Of a DNA stretch of 64,000 bases, positions 36,152 to 47,745 are shown piece by piece. The position numbers and the translations under genes are program-made. The notes under the pieces are model-generated. The model did no database searches and was not told the origin of the DNA. It worked only from the letters and a program-made list of their open reading frames with translations. Source of the DNA: Octopus sinensis (taxonomy: Eukaryota); contig NC_043003.1 of assembly GCF_006345805.1 (NCBI RefSeq), positions 93,682,001 through 93,746,000 on the forward strand, written 5' to 3'. Each line of letters starts with the position of its first letter. Positions within the stretch are counted from its first letter, which is position 1.

Positions 36152-36537
36152 TCTTAGGAAGCACTCCGTCGGTTACGACGACGAGGGTTCCGGTTGATCT
36201 GAATCAACGGAACAGCCTGCTCCTGAAATTAACATGTAAGTGGCTGAGCACTCCACAGACACGTGTACCCTTAACGTAGTTCTCGGGGATATTAAGTGTG
36301 ACACAGAGAGTGACAAGGCCGGCCCTTTGAAATACAGGTACAACAGAAACAGGAAGTAAGAGTGAGAGAAAGTTGTGGTGAAAGAGTACAGCAGGGATCA
36401 CCACCATCCCCTGTCGGAGCCTCGTGGAGCTTAGGTGTTTACGCTCAATAAACACTCACAACGCCCGGTCTGGGAATCGAAACCGCGATCCTATGACCGC
36501 GAGTCCGCTGCCCTAACCACTGGGCCATTGCGCCTCC
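36152..36537 (-). mobile_element. SINE family D full-length, tail variant 2, 10-bp TSD AGCACAGAAG
   Basis: TSD at 36142-36151 and 36538-36547; A box TGGCCCAGTGG, B box GTTTCGATTCC. Confidence 0.9.
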
Positions 36538-36614
36538 AGCACAGAAGCGTTGCTATAGCAACAATGCAGCAGTTTAACAGTGTAAATGTAATATTATTTA
36601 AAATAACTACTTAC

Positions 36615-36764
36615 CATATTGATTTCATAGTATTTTTCAGTTGAATCTCCAGCTTTACTTTTATTTATTGATGATAACACTGAAGATGGTGATGATTCTG
36701 ATGATGATGATGGTGAAAATGATTTTGAGCAGTTTATAAAAATATTTTCAAGTTTCAGTAATGT
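36615..36764 (-). CDS. GNPTAB: GNPTAB exon L (TLLKLENIFINCSKSFSPSSSSESSPSSVLSSINKSKAGDSTEKYYEINM)
   Basis: ctattgcag| and |gtaagt; human LEHMLINCSK...ESYYDPNL. Confidence 0.93.
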
Positions 36765-36855
36765 CTGCAATAGAAACATGATATTGATAAATGAAAATAA
36801 GAAATACAAGGAAATACAAATAAACAATTCATTAAATGCAGTTATTATACACAAC

Positions 36856-37020
36856 GGCACAGGAGTGGCTGTGTGGTAAGTAGCTTGTTTACCAACCACA
36901 TGGTTCCGGGTTCAGTCCCACTGCGTGGCACCTTGGGAAAGTGTCTTCTACTATAGCCTCGGGCTGACCAAAGCCTTGTGAGTGGATTTGGTAGACGGAA
37001 ACTCAAAGAAGCCTGTCGTA

Positions 37021-37058
<38 letters not shown>

Positions 37059-37270
37059 CATGTGTGCGTTTGTGTTTGTCCCCCTAGCATTGCTTGACAA
37101 CCGATGCTGGTGTGCTTATGTCCCCGTTACTTAGCGGTTCGGCAAAAGAGACCGATAGAATAAGTACTGGGCTTACAAAAGAATAAGTCCCGGGGTCGAG
37201 TTGCTCGATTAAAGGCGGTGCTCCAGCATGGCTGCAGTCAAATGACTGAAACAAATAAAAGAGTAAGAGT
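36856..37270 (+). mobile_element. SINE family B full-length
   Basis: Collinear with 17075-17476. Confidence 0.9.
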
Positions 37271-37385
37271 AAATGGCATGTGGCCTAGTCTTTTGATTTG
37301 GTTTGTGATAGTAGGGTCATGGGTTTGATTTGTGGACAGGGTAGTGCATTGTTGACATTGGGCAAGGCACTTCATTTCATGTTGT

Positions 37386-37640
37386 GGAAGCATGTGGCTT
37401 AGTGGTTAGAGTGTTGGATTTATGATCATAAGATTGTGGTTTCAATTCCTGGGCCAGGTGATGCATTATGTTCTTGAACAAAACACTTCCTTTCACATTG
37501 CTCCAGTCTAGTCAGCCGGCAAAAATGAGTAATTCTGTGATGGACTGGCGTCCCGTCCAAGAGGGGAATTTATATGCCATGGAAACCAGGAAACCAGCCC
37601 TTATGAATTGGCATAACTCAAGAAGGTAACCTTTACCTTA
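37386..37640 (+). mobile_element. tRNA-derived SINE family E with V-domain-like segment
   Basis: A/B boxes, gttcttgaacaaaacactt…gctccagtc, then ctgtgatggactggcgtcccgtcca (resembles the V-SINE motif from memory). Confidence 0.6.
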
Positions 37641-38630
37641 CTTCATTTCATGCCACTTCAGCCAACTCAGTTGAAAATGAGTACCAGCCGAGGTGCAGGC
37701 ACAGCCCTTTCTCTCTCTCTCTCTCTTACTGGCAGTCACACCCTTAATGTCCCACTGGATCAAGCATGGTACAAGTTTCCTGGTAATATTCACTTGCAGG
37801 TGACAGTTAAGCAAACAATGGAAATCAGAAAGGATTATTTAGAAACAGTAATGTTACATGATGATGATGATGATGGTAACAGCTGAAAAAGAATTGCTAC
37901 TTTGAAGTTAGTGTGTAATGTGGTAATGTATATAGAGAAGAAAATACTGTTGAAATAGCAATAGACAAAATGAAAGGAAAGGTGTTCACAAGATAACTGT
38001 TGTTGTTTGGTCCCTAGGGTCAGCCCCTTAGTTCACCTCTGATCAAGTAGACCAATGATCAGAGGTATTTCAGTTATGACCATCTAGTTTATGGTAGTGG
38101 AATGTCAGAATCATTAGAGCTTTGCAAAAAGATGCCAAGTTTAGTTATAACCCTTTACATGGTGAGTTCAAAATCTGGCTAAGTCACCTTTGTTGTTCAG
38201 TCTTCCAGGGCTGATAATATTAAGTATTAGTCAAGTGCTGGATTGATTCTTACACTGAATCTTAGAATGTGAATGAAATTACACTAGGATACAAGATAGA
38301 CTTTCTATCCACAGTGTAACAAAGGTTACATTATCCCATATACTTTTCTTCTTCGAAACAGGTGAGTGTAACTTGAGTAAGGTATGGGTACTATTCCAAG
38401 AGTGCTCCCTCGTTAGCACTGTTATTACTGCTACTGTTGGAATAGCAGGAGAGAAAATAGAGAGAAGGGTGGCTGAGTGTGTGGAGACAAGGTTTGTCAG
38501 CCAAGAAGAATAAATAATGTGAGTGTAGTATGGCATCTCCATTAATAGAAACTTTGGTAATCAAGATATAAAGACAATTTTAAAATAATTTTGTCCTCTG
38601 TGTGTGTGGATATATATGTGTGTGAGTGTG

Positions 38631-38670
<40 letters not shown>

Positions 38671-39367
38671 AAAATTTTAATTCTGAACATAGAATTACCA
38701 AAGGTCTTGTATCCACAAGACCAAAGTCAGACTCTATATAAAGAGAGAAGATTTAAACTTTCTACATTGCAGATGCAAGGAACACTCAGAAATTGAGATT
38801 TAAGTCTTAACATACAAAAACGTTAATGAAGACTGCCTGTCTCCCCTGAACCAGGAGATAAAACTACCCTTATAGACCCGAAAAAGCCTAACCAGCAAAC
38901 AGGGAGATCCAATTTTCCAGTAGGCAGTGCCTGAAGTGGACACATTTAGAGAAAACGATGTATTTCATACCATGAAAAGAATGTACCCAATACACTCTAC
39001 AAAGTAGTTGTTAGAAAGGGTATCCTTACCAACCCATAACTGAGATGCCCAACTTATCAGATTCTGTCTAAATGTCCAACCCATGACAGCATAGAAAGTA
39101 AATGTAAAATGGTGGTGGTGGTGGTGTGTGTGTGTGTTTGTTTGCATTCAATGCAAGTTGCTCTCTACAAGTGAACTTGTAACTTTTCCAGTCAACAAAT
39201 CACCCACTTGTTTTGCACCTTCACAGATGTGGTGAAATAAGAGATCCCTTATTTGTAAGACGGATAAGGGTTAATGACAGAAACGGCATCCAGCTGTAAA
39301 ACAAATGCCTCAGTAATGTGCATGCCTAACCCATGAAAAAATGAAAGTAAAATGAGCAAATACTTAC

Positions 39368-39434
39368 ATTTAAGTCTAATGGAAGATCAAACAATCTGGT
39401 AGCTAAGGTTCTGATTTCACGATCCGAGAGAATA
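39368..39434 (-). CDS. GNPTAB: GNPTAB exon K ([22 protein letters not shown]), completes the EF-hand
   Basis: ccttcag| and |gtaagt; human [21 protein letters not shown]. Confidence 0.97.
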
Positions 39435-40689
39435 CTGAAGGTAAAAAGAAAAGAATATATAATATATACAGATGCATACAGATGCGTATATTACAACTAA
39501 CTCCATAAGCCAACTTATATATGGATGTTTGACCTGCTAGAAATAAAAGCCAAATCACCCTCAAACTACATTTAATTGACTTTAAAAATGATACAATTTT
39601 CATAAATTTCTAACATCTAAAAATATAAATTATAAATAAAAAGTAGATCCAGAGCCCAAAGAAATTGGTGGTGATCCATATCAACAGACGTTAATCTGTA
39701 AAAATTTGTCTGTGAAAATGAAGTACAACAGTTAGTTGGCTGTGAGGAGTGAAAAGTCCAACGTTTCAGACACTTGTCCTTCAGAGAGAGAAAAATATAG
39801 GCCTCTCTGACTCTGGTAACTTAGCGGGTTTATAAGATCACTACTTAAATGCTTTATCTTCACGGCTGTGCAAGTAAAAGTCAGTCCAATAGAATCCATC
39901 ACTCTCCAAGCTATGCTGACATATGAATTTGAACTCAGTAATACAAACTAATTTAACTGCTGGAGCTTATAAATTAGATGAAAGCCCTGTGGTTGTTTAA
40001 ACACAGATCAACTTAAACCTAACAAATATTTAATCAAAAATACTTCAGCTATGACTATCCTGATTTTATAAGTGTTATATAAGATTGGTTGCATTATCTA
40101 ATGTGTCCTTTACTTATTTGTGAAAGTAGGATTTGAGTTAAAATAGACTTAGGTGTTATTCTTAGCAGATTGAGCGACCATGTACATATTCACTCCTGTT
40201 GATGACAGTGGTGACCTATGAATGACAGCATAGTTAGATATACCAATTTATTGGTGAGTTTAAGTGTGTTAACCAAGGACACAGTGTAGGGCAGATGATA
40301 AAGTACAATTTATGATTCCTTTATAGAACCACATCCCATTAATACATCCATCTGTATATAGCTTTCCCATCAAAGTTACACCAAGGTAAATAACATGTAT
40401 GTTTTTCTACAATCTTTTTTCACAACAGTTAATATCAACAATGGTTTTGAACAGAATTGTAACTTAAAGCTTCTGGCAAATTTTAAAATTCTTATTACCT
40501 TTGTGTTGTGGCAAACACCCTCAGGTGAGAAGAGTGCTGGTCCACTACTAATAAATAGTGAACTGACACAGTCAGTAATGTCAGTCAGCAAGGTATGATA
40601 TTTGGACCAGCCCCACAGAGATGATGAAATACATCGTCATAATGCGGGGCACAAAACTTTGTTAACTAAGCTCACTGCTCTGTGGTGTC

Positions 40690-40912
40690 ATACAAAATGC
40701 ACTCGTGCCAGTGCCATGAAAGGCACTCGTGTGGTGCCACATAAAAAGAACATCCAGCACACTCTGTAAAGTGGTTGGTGTTAGAAAGGGCATTCAGCCA
40801 TAGAAACCATGCCAAATCAGATTGGAATCTGGTGCAGCTCTCCAGTTTTGGTCAAACTGTCCAGCCCATGCCAACATGGACAATGGACTTTAAATGGTGC
40901 TGATGATGATGA
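40690..40912 (+). mobile_element. SINE family A copy
   Basis: Body plus (GAT)n tail. Confidence 0.8.
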
Positions 40913-42139
40913 CATAACTGTATCATTCTTCACGGATTCCTCTTATTTGGTGATGGATGAAGGATATCATCATCATTATTGTTTTAATGCCTATTTTTCC
41001 ATTCTTGCATGGGTCATCAGACAGATTTTCTATGATTGGACGCCCTCCCTATTGCCAAGCAAGGTAATATTTTTCCAACAAGACACTTTCACAGAAAACT
41101 AGTAATGAAGGATACCATCATGGTGACAGTTGCTTACAACTAACATGCCATGTCAAAGAAGGAGACATATAGAAAGTTGACACAACAGGGTTTTGTAACT
41201 TAACATCAAGGGGGTCACCAGTTTGTATCCAGCCACTGGCATGTATGATTGTCTTCATGGTGAGGATATATTTATCTCTATCTAACAGTAGGATAGAAAC
41301 AATGTAAGGTACAGCCATTGTCAGTATTTGAATATGAAACAGGTGGATATATGTTTTGCTCCTTTACACTACTGGATTCAAATGTTGCCATTAAGAAAAC
41401 CTGTGTAAGAAAACCTGTTTAACATAGAAGAAAAGATATTTCACAATTATCTAATAAGTTAGAAACATGGGTGTTTCATTCACCATCCTTAATTCTTATT
41501 CAGGGACCTTTTGGCTAGGAGGGCTATTTGACCTGAAAATACTAACTGAACCCTCACCTGAAAGGTCATGTGCTGTTTATCTTGATATGAAGACACCATG
41601 TCACGCATATATGGTTGTGATACATGTGCATGGTGTACCCTTATCAGATGGTAGTCATGATGGGTGCATTGTGCTTCATATATTTGTATCCCAGCATCAC
41701 CTTGATGGCATGTGCTGTTCTCTCACTCAACAATAAAAATAAATCTGTGACCATGAACAACACCAGTTTTGAAACTGACTGGCTTACATCAATCTAAGGT
41801 GTACTAAATATGAAAATAGATTGAGTGAGACTCTAAGCCTTAACTCAATCTGTTAGAAATAGCAACCAAATTGCTTCAAATTGTATCCTATCACCTTATA
41901 AAAAGACAGGGCTGATTGGACAACATAGTCTTATGGACAAAAAGACAAGATGATCACGGCAGGAACACTTTTGATCAGGGATTTGCCAAATCAAGGCTGA
42001 CTCGAAGTAAAACAACAACAATAGCAACATAGACCTGCTAAACCAAGGCTGAACTGAGACTAAACAGCAGCTGTTTCAGCTGCCAACATCATCATCATAG
42101 GTCTGCTTTATCAGGACTGACTAAAACAATAATATTTAC

Positions 42140-42292
42140 CCTGATGAATCTGTGTCCATTTCATCAAATATTTGTTCGGCAGTTATGTTTTCTTTCACAC
42201 CAATTAAATAGTAGAAGTAGGCAAATGCAAACTGCATATCATTTGAGCTGCGCACTTTATGTGATGACGTGATAGCCCACTGTTCAGGAAAA
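42140..42292 (-). CDS. GNPTAB: GNPTAB exon J (FPEQWAITSSHKVRSSNDMQFAFAYFYYLIGVKENITAEQIFDEMDTDSSG)
   Basis: ttttcag| and |gtaaat; human [29 protein letters not shown]...VFDEVDTDQSG. Confidence 0.97.
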
Positions 42293-42510
42293 CTGAAAAA
42301 AAATTATAGATATGTTAAAATAGTTATACAAATATTAAGTGTTAAAACACTGCCTACTCTGACACACCTTGTATATTGTTTCATTTGTTTCAGTTATTTG
42401 ACTGCAGCCATGGTGGAGCACCATCTTGGAGAGTTTCTTATGCCTTGTCCTTATTCTATTGGTCTCCTTTGCTTCAGCCACTAGTCCACTGGGATTTAAA
42501 CACAATACCT

Positions 42511-42742
42511 ATTTCTTTACTACCCACAAGGGGCTAAACACAGAGAGGACAAACAAGGACAGACAGACGGATTAGGTCGATTATATCGACCCCAGTGCAT
42601 AACTGGTACTTATTTAATCGACCCCGAAAGGATGAAAGGCAAAGTCGACCTCGGCGGAATTTGAACTCAGAACGTAGTGGCAGACGAAATACGGCTACGC
42701 ATTTCGCCCGGCGTACTAACGGTTCTGCCAGCTCGCCGACTG
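42511..42742 (-). mobile_element. SINE family C full-length, tail variant iii
   Basis: Head ggcgagctggcagaa, B box gagttcaaatt, central gcctttcatcctttcggggtcga, tail ccccttgtgggtagtaaagaaat. Confidence 0.92.
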
Positions 42743-42951
42743 TCAAGTAAACATACACACACATAGTTATATACAGATACATATAAATATATATATATAT
42801 ATATATATGACGGTCTTTTTTCAGTTTGTCTATTAAATCCACTCACAAGGCCGAGTGCAATGAGTCTGAACCTACAACCAAGTCGTTGGGAAGCAAGCTT
42901 CTTACCGCACAGCTATGCCTGCACCTATATATACATATGTATATGCATACA

Positions 42952-42997
<46 letters not shown>

Positions 42998-43492
42998 ATC
43001 CTCTCACACCGACTCCGATGAAGGGATATAATTAATAAATATCCTGGAAACAGCTGTAAGACCTCCTATCTATAAATATTCTATCTACACAGCCTTGGTT
43101 TTTTATCTCATTATGCAAACAGTTCTTATATACATATATAGACAGGAGTTCAACAAAATAATGGAAACACCAACCATCATAGCATCATAATTTTGAAATA
43201 TCTATAAAACTGTCAAAGCTTGTTTATTTTTATGCTTTTTGATTTATTATTAGTGTTGTTTAATATGATTTGCTAAAATTGCTGTTTCTTTTCATATATC
43301 ATCAGAAAAAGGTAATTAAAATTCATTAAAATGACACCTATACACAGACAGACACACATATACATATGTAAGTCACGAAATATGGATTCAAGTAATCTAG
43401 TAGTACTCATAATAAAGGCTCCTTAGTTTGTCATAGCAGAAACCATACAGAGGATATAACAATATACATGAGAAAAGAATAAGAATAATATA

Positions 43493-44100
43493 TCATCATC
43501 ATCGTTTAACGTCCGTTCTCCATGCTAGCATGGGTTGGACGGTTCGACCGGGGATCTGGGAAGCCAGAAGGCTGCACCAGGCTCCAGTCTGATCTGGCAG
43601 TGTTTCTACAACTGGATGCTCTTCCTAACGCCAACCACTCCGTGAGTGTAATGGGTGCTTTTTACATGCCACTGGCACAGGTGCCAGACGAGGCTGGCAA
43701 TGGCCATGATCGGATTGGTGCTTTTTACGTGCCACCAGCACGGAAGCCAGTCAAGGCGGCGCTGGCATCGGCCACGTTCGGATGGTGTTTTTTACGTGTC
43801 ACCAGCACGGAAGCCAGTCTAGGCGGTGCTGGCATCAGCCACGTTCGGATGGTGTTTTTTACGTGTCACCAGCACGGAAGCCAGTCTAGGCGGCGCTGGC
43901 ATCGGCCACGTTCGGATGGTGCTTTTTACGTGCCACCAGCACAGGGATCACAATTGCAGTTTCCATTGATTTTTGATGTTGGTATACTTGCCTCAATGGA
44001 TCTCCTCAAGCACAGGGTCGAAACGGTGTTTCTTTACTTGCCACCTGCACAGGAGTCAGTCCAGCGGCCCTGGCAACTGCCGGGTACCAGTCATAGGATT
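43493..44100 (-). mobile_element. SINE family A longest copy with an internal 67-68-bp VNTR
   Basis: Units at 43711-43778, 43779-43845, 43846-43912 plus a partial unit. Confidence 0.92.
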
Positions 44101-44289
44101 GGTTCAATTTCGGGAGAGATATGATGGACTTTGTTACCATATACATACATATATGTGTATGTATATGCTTACACATTACTAATAAGGAAATCATGAGCCA
44201 AAGCTGTCTTTAATAATCAATAGATTGCTCTAGAACCAGATCCCATTTTTCTCTAATATTCTATAAACTCAGTAAAACAGGATACTTAC

Positions 44290-44486
44290 AGGTTTTGAAG
44301 CTCTGCCATAATATTTTTGTCAATCATATGAGGCATGTGAGCAGGAACTTTGCGAGTTATGTAACCAAACATTCTGTTATATATACGGTTGACATTGAGA
44401 ATAGAGTCAGCAAATGTATCCAGTAATCTTCTTTGCTTTACAGAATGCACAGAATATTGTTCTTTGTTTTTCAAGACATCCAATTT
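44290..44486 (-). CDS. GNPTAB: GNPTAB exon I: alpha/beta cleavage site + Stealth CR3 (KQRRLL|[43 protein letters not shown])
   Basis: tttttag| and |gtaagt; human [34 protein letters not shown]. Confidence 0.97.
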
Positions 44487-44539
44487 CTAAAAATCAAAGA
44501 AAAATCAAGCAAGAAAATAATAATAATAATGATAATAAT

Positions 44540-45405
44540 TATAATAATAATTATAATAAATTCTTTTACTAGCCACAAGGGCTCATATACAAAAACATTA
44601 AAAGACATACAACAACATAAAAGACAAAAACAGGACAATATAGTAGGTTTTTGCATGTACACACTATGAAGAACAGTTAAAAATTAAACAAATTAAACTC
44701 TCAATAGGGGAGGCACTTTAAGGTCCTCGTGGAAAAACCCACGGATGCCTGAACAACAGGGCAAGAACCCTTCTTTTTTTTTTTACAAGTGCACGCTCAA
44801 AATTGGTCCTTTTTACACTAGCCATTCTTCTAACATTCACCTACCTTTCAACAAACTTGCTACAAGGCAACACTTACCTCTCCACCCTCAACTTCCTTTT
44901 CAAGTGAAACTTGTAAAAGTTGATGAGGGCTTGGCCAAAGAGGAAAGTGTCTGTCTTTAACCCTTTCAAACAGGTCCACCATACTACCTCTTTCACTACA
45001 GCCACTAGACAAATAAAAATTGCCTGCCCCTCCCGACCATCCCGGTGGGGCAATCTTCACAATTGATTCAGCTGATAGCTGGATTTGTCCCCCGCGTGAC
45101 AGCAGGTGTTCAACATAAATTCATAGGTCAGCAATACTCGGGCACTGGACTAGGGTGTGCAGAACCGTTTCATCATTCTGGGCATACCTTGGGTAGGCCC
45201 GGCTGATGTCACTTCCGTGCCTGTAAAGTTTATCCTGAACAGGCAGTGCTCCTCGGTAGCACTGCCAGGTAAGGGATTTCTGAAAGTTACCCATAGGCTC
45301 AGGCCTGAAAGTTCTCTGAAACAGACCGGTTAGTAGATCTTCATTGACACCCAGAGTGTCCCCGAGAACGTTGTTGCACTTTCCTTCCACTAGCCCTCTA
45401 TAGAA
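44540..45405 (-). mobile_element. 5'-truncated L1/Tx1-like LINE (zf-RVT-type C-terminus + 3'UTR)
   Basis: LTWQCYRGALPVQDKLYRHG…ETVLHTLVQC, then HLKRKLRVE…RW; a homologous second copy is at 53340-53990. Confidence 0.8.
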
Positions 45406-45419
45406 CGCTAGAGTAGAAT

Positions 45420-45650
45420 AATAATAATAATGATTCTTTCTATTAAAGGCACAAGGCCTGAAATTTTGTGGGAGAGGGCTAGTTGATTACAATGATCCTA
45501 GTGTTTCACTGGTACTTAATTTATCAACCCTGAAAGGATGAAAGGCGAAGTCGACTTTGGTGGAATTTGAACTCAGAGTGTAAAGATGGACGAAATACTG
45601 CTAAGCATTTCACCTGGCAAGCTAACGATTTTGCCAGCTCGCCTCATGGC
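45420..45650 (-). mobile_element. SINE family C, tail variant i (further copies about 46205-46510, 50560-50720)
   Basis: (AAT)n…ggcacaaggcctgaaattt…gaaaggatgaaaggc…gccagctcgcc. Confidence 0.85.
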
Positions 45651-45667
45651 CCTAATAATAATAACAA

Positions 45668-46200
45668 CCAGGCAGTGGTTCTCATGGCCTCTGATCTTAA
45701 CTGATTTGAAGTGCTATCACGTACACTGTTTCGTTTTGGTGTAAAAGATGGGCTAGAGCTAATATTCTGCTCAATACCACAGATTTGCTTGTCAGTTGCT
45801 ATATTGCAACCAGTTGAACATGGTCTTTAGTGGCTGATATGTGCATCTCTGATCATGAGCAGAAGTAGTGGGGGAGCATCATAGCTATGTTTCGAGAGGA
45901 ATTCTTTGGGGTTTGAATAATTCATCCCTTGAAACATGGGTGTTTTGTTCATCATCCCTAAACAACCCTTATTCAAGACACCTTTTGAGCTGGATGGGCT
46001 ACTCTACCTGAAGAAAATTATAATTGGGACCCATTTGTAAAGTCATGTGCAGTGTATCTTGATATGAGGTCACCATCTTGTGCACATGTGGTTGAGATGC
46101 GTGTACCTGGTGAACCCTTATCAGACGGGTGGTATACTGGGTTTTGTATATTTGTACATCAGTGTCACTTTGATGGCATACTCTGCTCTTTCACTCAATA
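45668..46200 (+). mobile_element. Unclassified repeat G embedded in (AAT)n (pieces also at about 2380-2590 and 41480-41737)
   Basis: Shared atttgcttgtcagttg…cttagtggctga…tgcatctctgat and gtatcttgatatga…tctcactcaataat segments. Confidence 0.7.
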
Positions 46201-46988
46201 ATTATAATAATAATCCTTTTTACTAAAGGCACAGGGCCTGAAATTTGGTGGATTACATCAACCCCAGTGTTTCACTGGTACTTAATTTATTGACCTCAAA
46301 AGGATGGAAGGTAAAGTCAACCTTAGCAGAATTGGAACTCAGAATAGTAAAACAAATTAAATTCCGCTAAAATAACTATAGTTTCAAACTTCTAGGACAA
46401 GGCCAGCAATTTCAGGGGAGGGAGTAAATTGATTACGTTGCCCCCCCACCCCCGAATGTCCAAGAGGTACATATTTTATTAACCCTGAAAGGATGAAAGG
46501 CAAAGTGAACTTGGAACCAATGAGAATGGTAGATACCAATATTTCACGATTATTGTGACTTGTCAATACCATGCACTCGGATCATCTTGAGATGAAGTGA
46601 ATCACTGGTCTGGGACTTAGAATGCAAAAAGAGTGAAATCTATTTGCTGATGTGCTGTGGTGCAGCATATGTGAAATAAAATAAAATTATGAATTAAAAG
46701 CAATTCTAGTAATGTGAACATTATTGGTTACACATACATAGTGTATGTGTTTTGCTTATGCACCAAATTTGCTGTGGGATAGCGCCTGGGGAAAGCTCCG
46801 AGGCAAGTTGTCTCAGCTGGTCTGAAACATTTATGTAGGTGTCATGTAGGGAGCTTTCCCCAGATGTTATCCAGCAGTAAATTTGGCAAATAAGCAAAAC
46901 ACATACACTATGTACAGTATGTGTGACTGATAATTTTTACATTACCAGAGCTGTTTTAAATTTGTAATATACACTTATATATACTTAC

Positions 46989-47326
46989 AGCTTGCAACTC
47001 TACAAGTGGACCAGATTTCTCCCATGGAAAGACACCCCGTTTGAAAGAGAATTGAAATGCAGACATCAGATTTCTTGATTTGTGTAATATTGGCTCATGT
47101 TTATCATTCTGTTGCACTTCATTTGATCTGGGTGTGTTAAACAGCAGGCTTGTTGAAGATTTCCGTACTAAGCGATTGTGTATATCATCAAGAACCATCT
47201 TTTTTGTGTCTGTATGTGGCTTGGTATCTTTCTCATTTTGTATGTCAGGCATTGACTGATTTCTGTTTAGCCAAATCTTCCAGAGCAAGTATATGTGAAT
47301 TTTATATCCTTTTTCAGTAAGTTCAC
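46989..47326 (-). CDS. GNPTAB: GNPTAB exon H (GELTEKGYKIHIYLLW...FPWEKSGPLVELQA)
   Basis: catcttag| and |gtaagt; completes EGELTEKGY (human HGDITLKGY) and contains the conserved PWE. Confidence 0.92.
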
Positions 47327-47369
47327 CTAAGATGACACACCAAGAAAAAGACATCTTGAGAAATTTTAG

Positions 47370-47745
47370 AGAATACTGTCTTGAATTCTTCTGTTATTGG
47401 CTGGATGACTATGATAAATAGGAGGGGGCTGAGGACTGAAGCCTGGTGGACCCTTACCTCTACCCTGAATTCTTCAGTGTACTCGTTGCCAACCCTCACC
47501 TTACTGACAGTGTCCCTGTACATGGCTTGCACGGCTCTCACTAACCATTCATCTATCCCTAGTTTCCACCAGATAAGGGATCGGGGGACCCTGTCAAAAG
47601 CTTTCTCCATGTCAACGAAAGCCAGGCACAGGGGCTTATCTTTGGCTAGGTATTTCTCCTGCAGCTGTCTTACCAGGAATATAGCATCAGTGGTGCTTTT
47701 CCCTGGCACGAAACCAAACTGCATCTCATTCAAACTGACATTAAA
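47370..47745 (-). mobile_element. RTE-clade reverse transcriptase fragment
   Basis: QFGFVPGKSTTDAIFLVRQLQEKY…AFVDMEKAFDRVPR…VHQASVLSPLLFIIV (ORF 47323..47733). Confidence 0.93.

Noticed and set aside
38279-38542. 87-aa ORF as a candidate GNPTAB exon
   Set aside because: Exons K and L join in phase with continuous homology; this ORF has no GNPTAB similarity and may be decayed LINE sequence
43711-43945. Regularly spaced repeats resembling a CRISPR array
   Set aside because: The units are whole tandem repeats without unique spacers, inside a eukaryotic SINE, with no cas genes
43522-44124. 200-aa ORF and similar ORFs at 8920, 23575, 34584, 55088, 63581
   Set aside because: All are read-throughs of SINE family A, which recurs about 20 times with frameshifts
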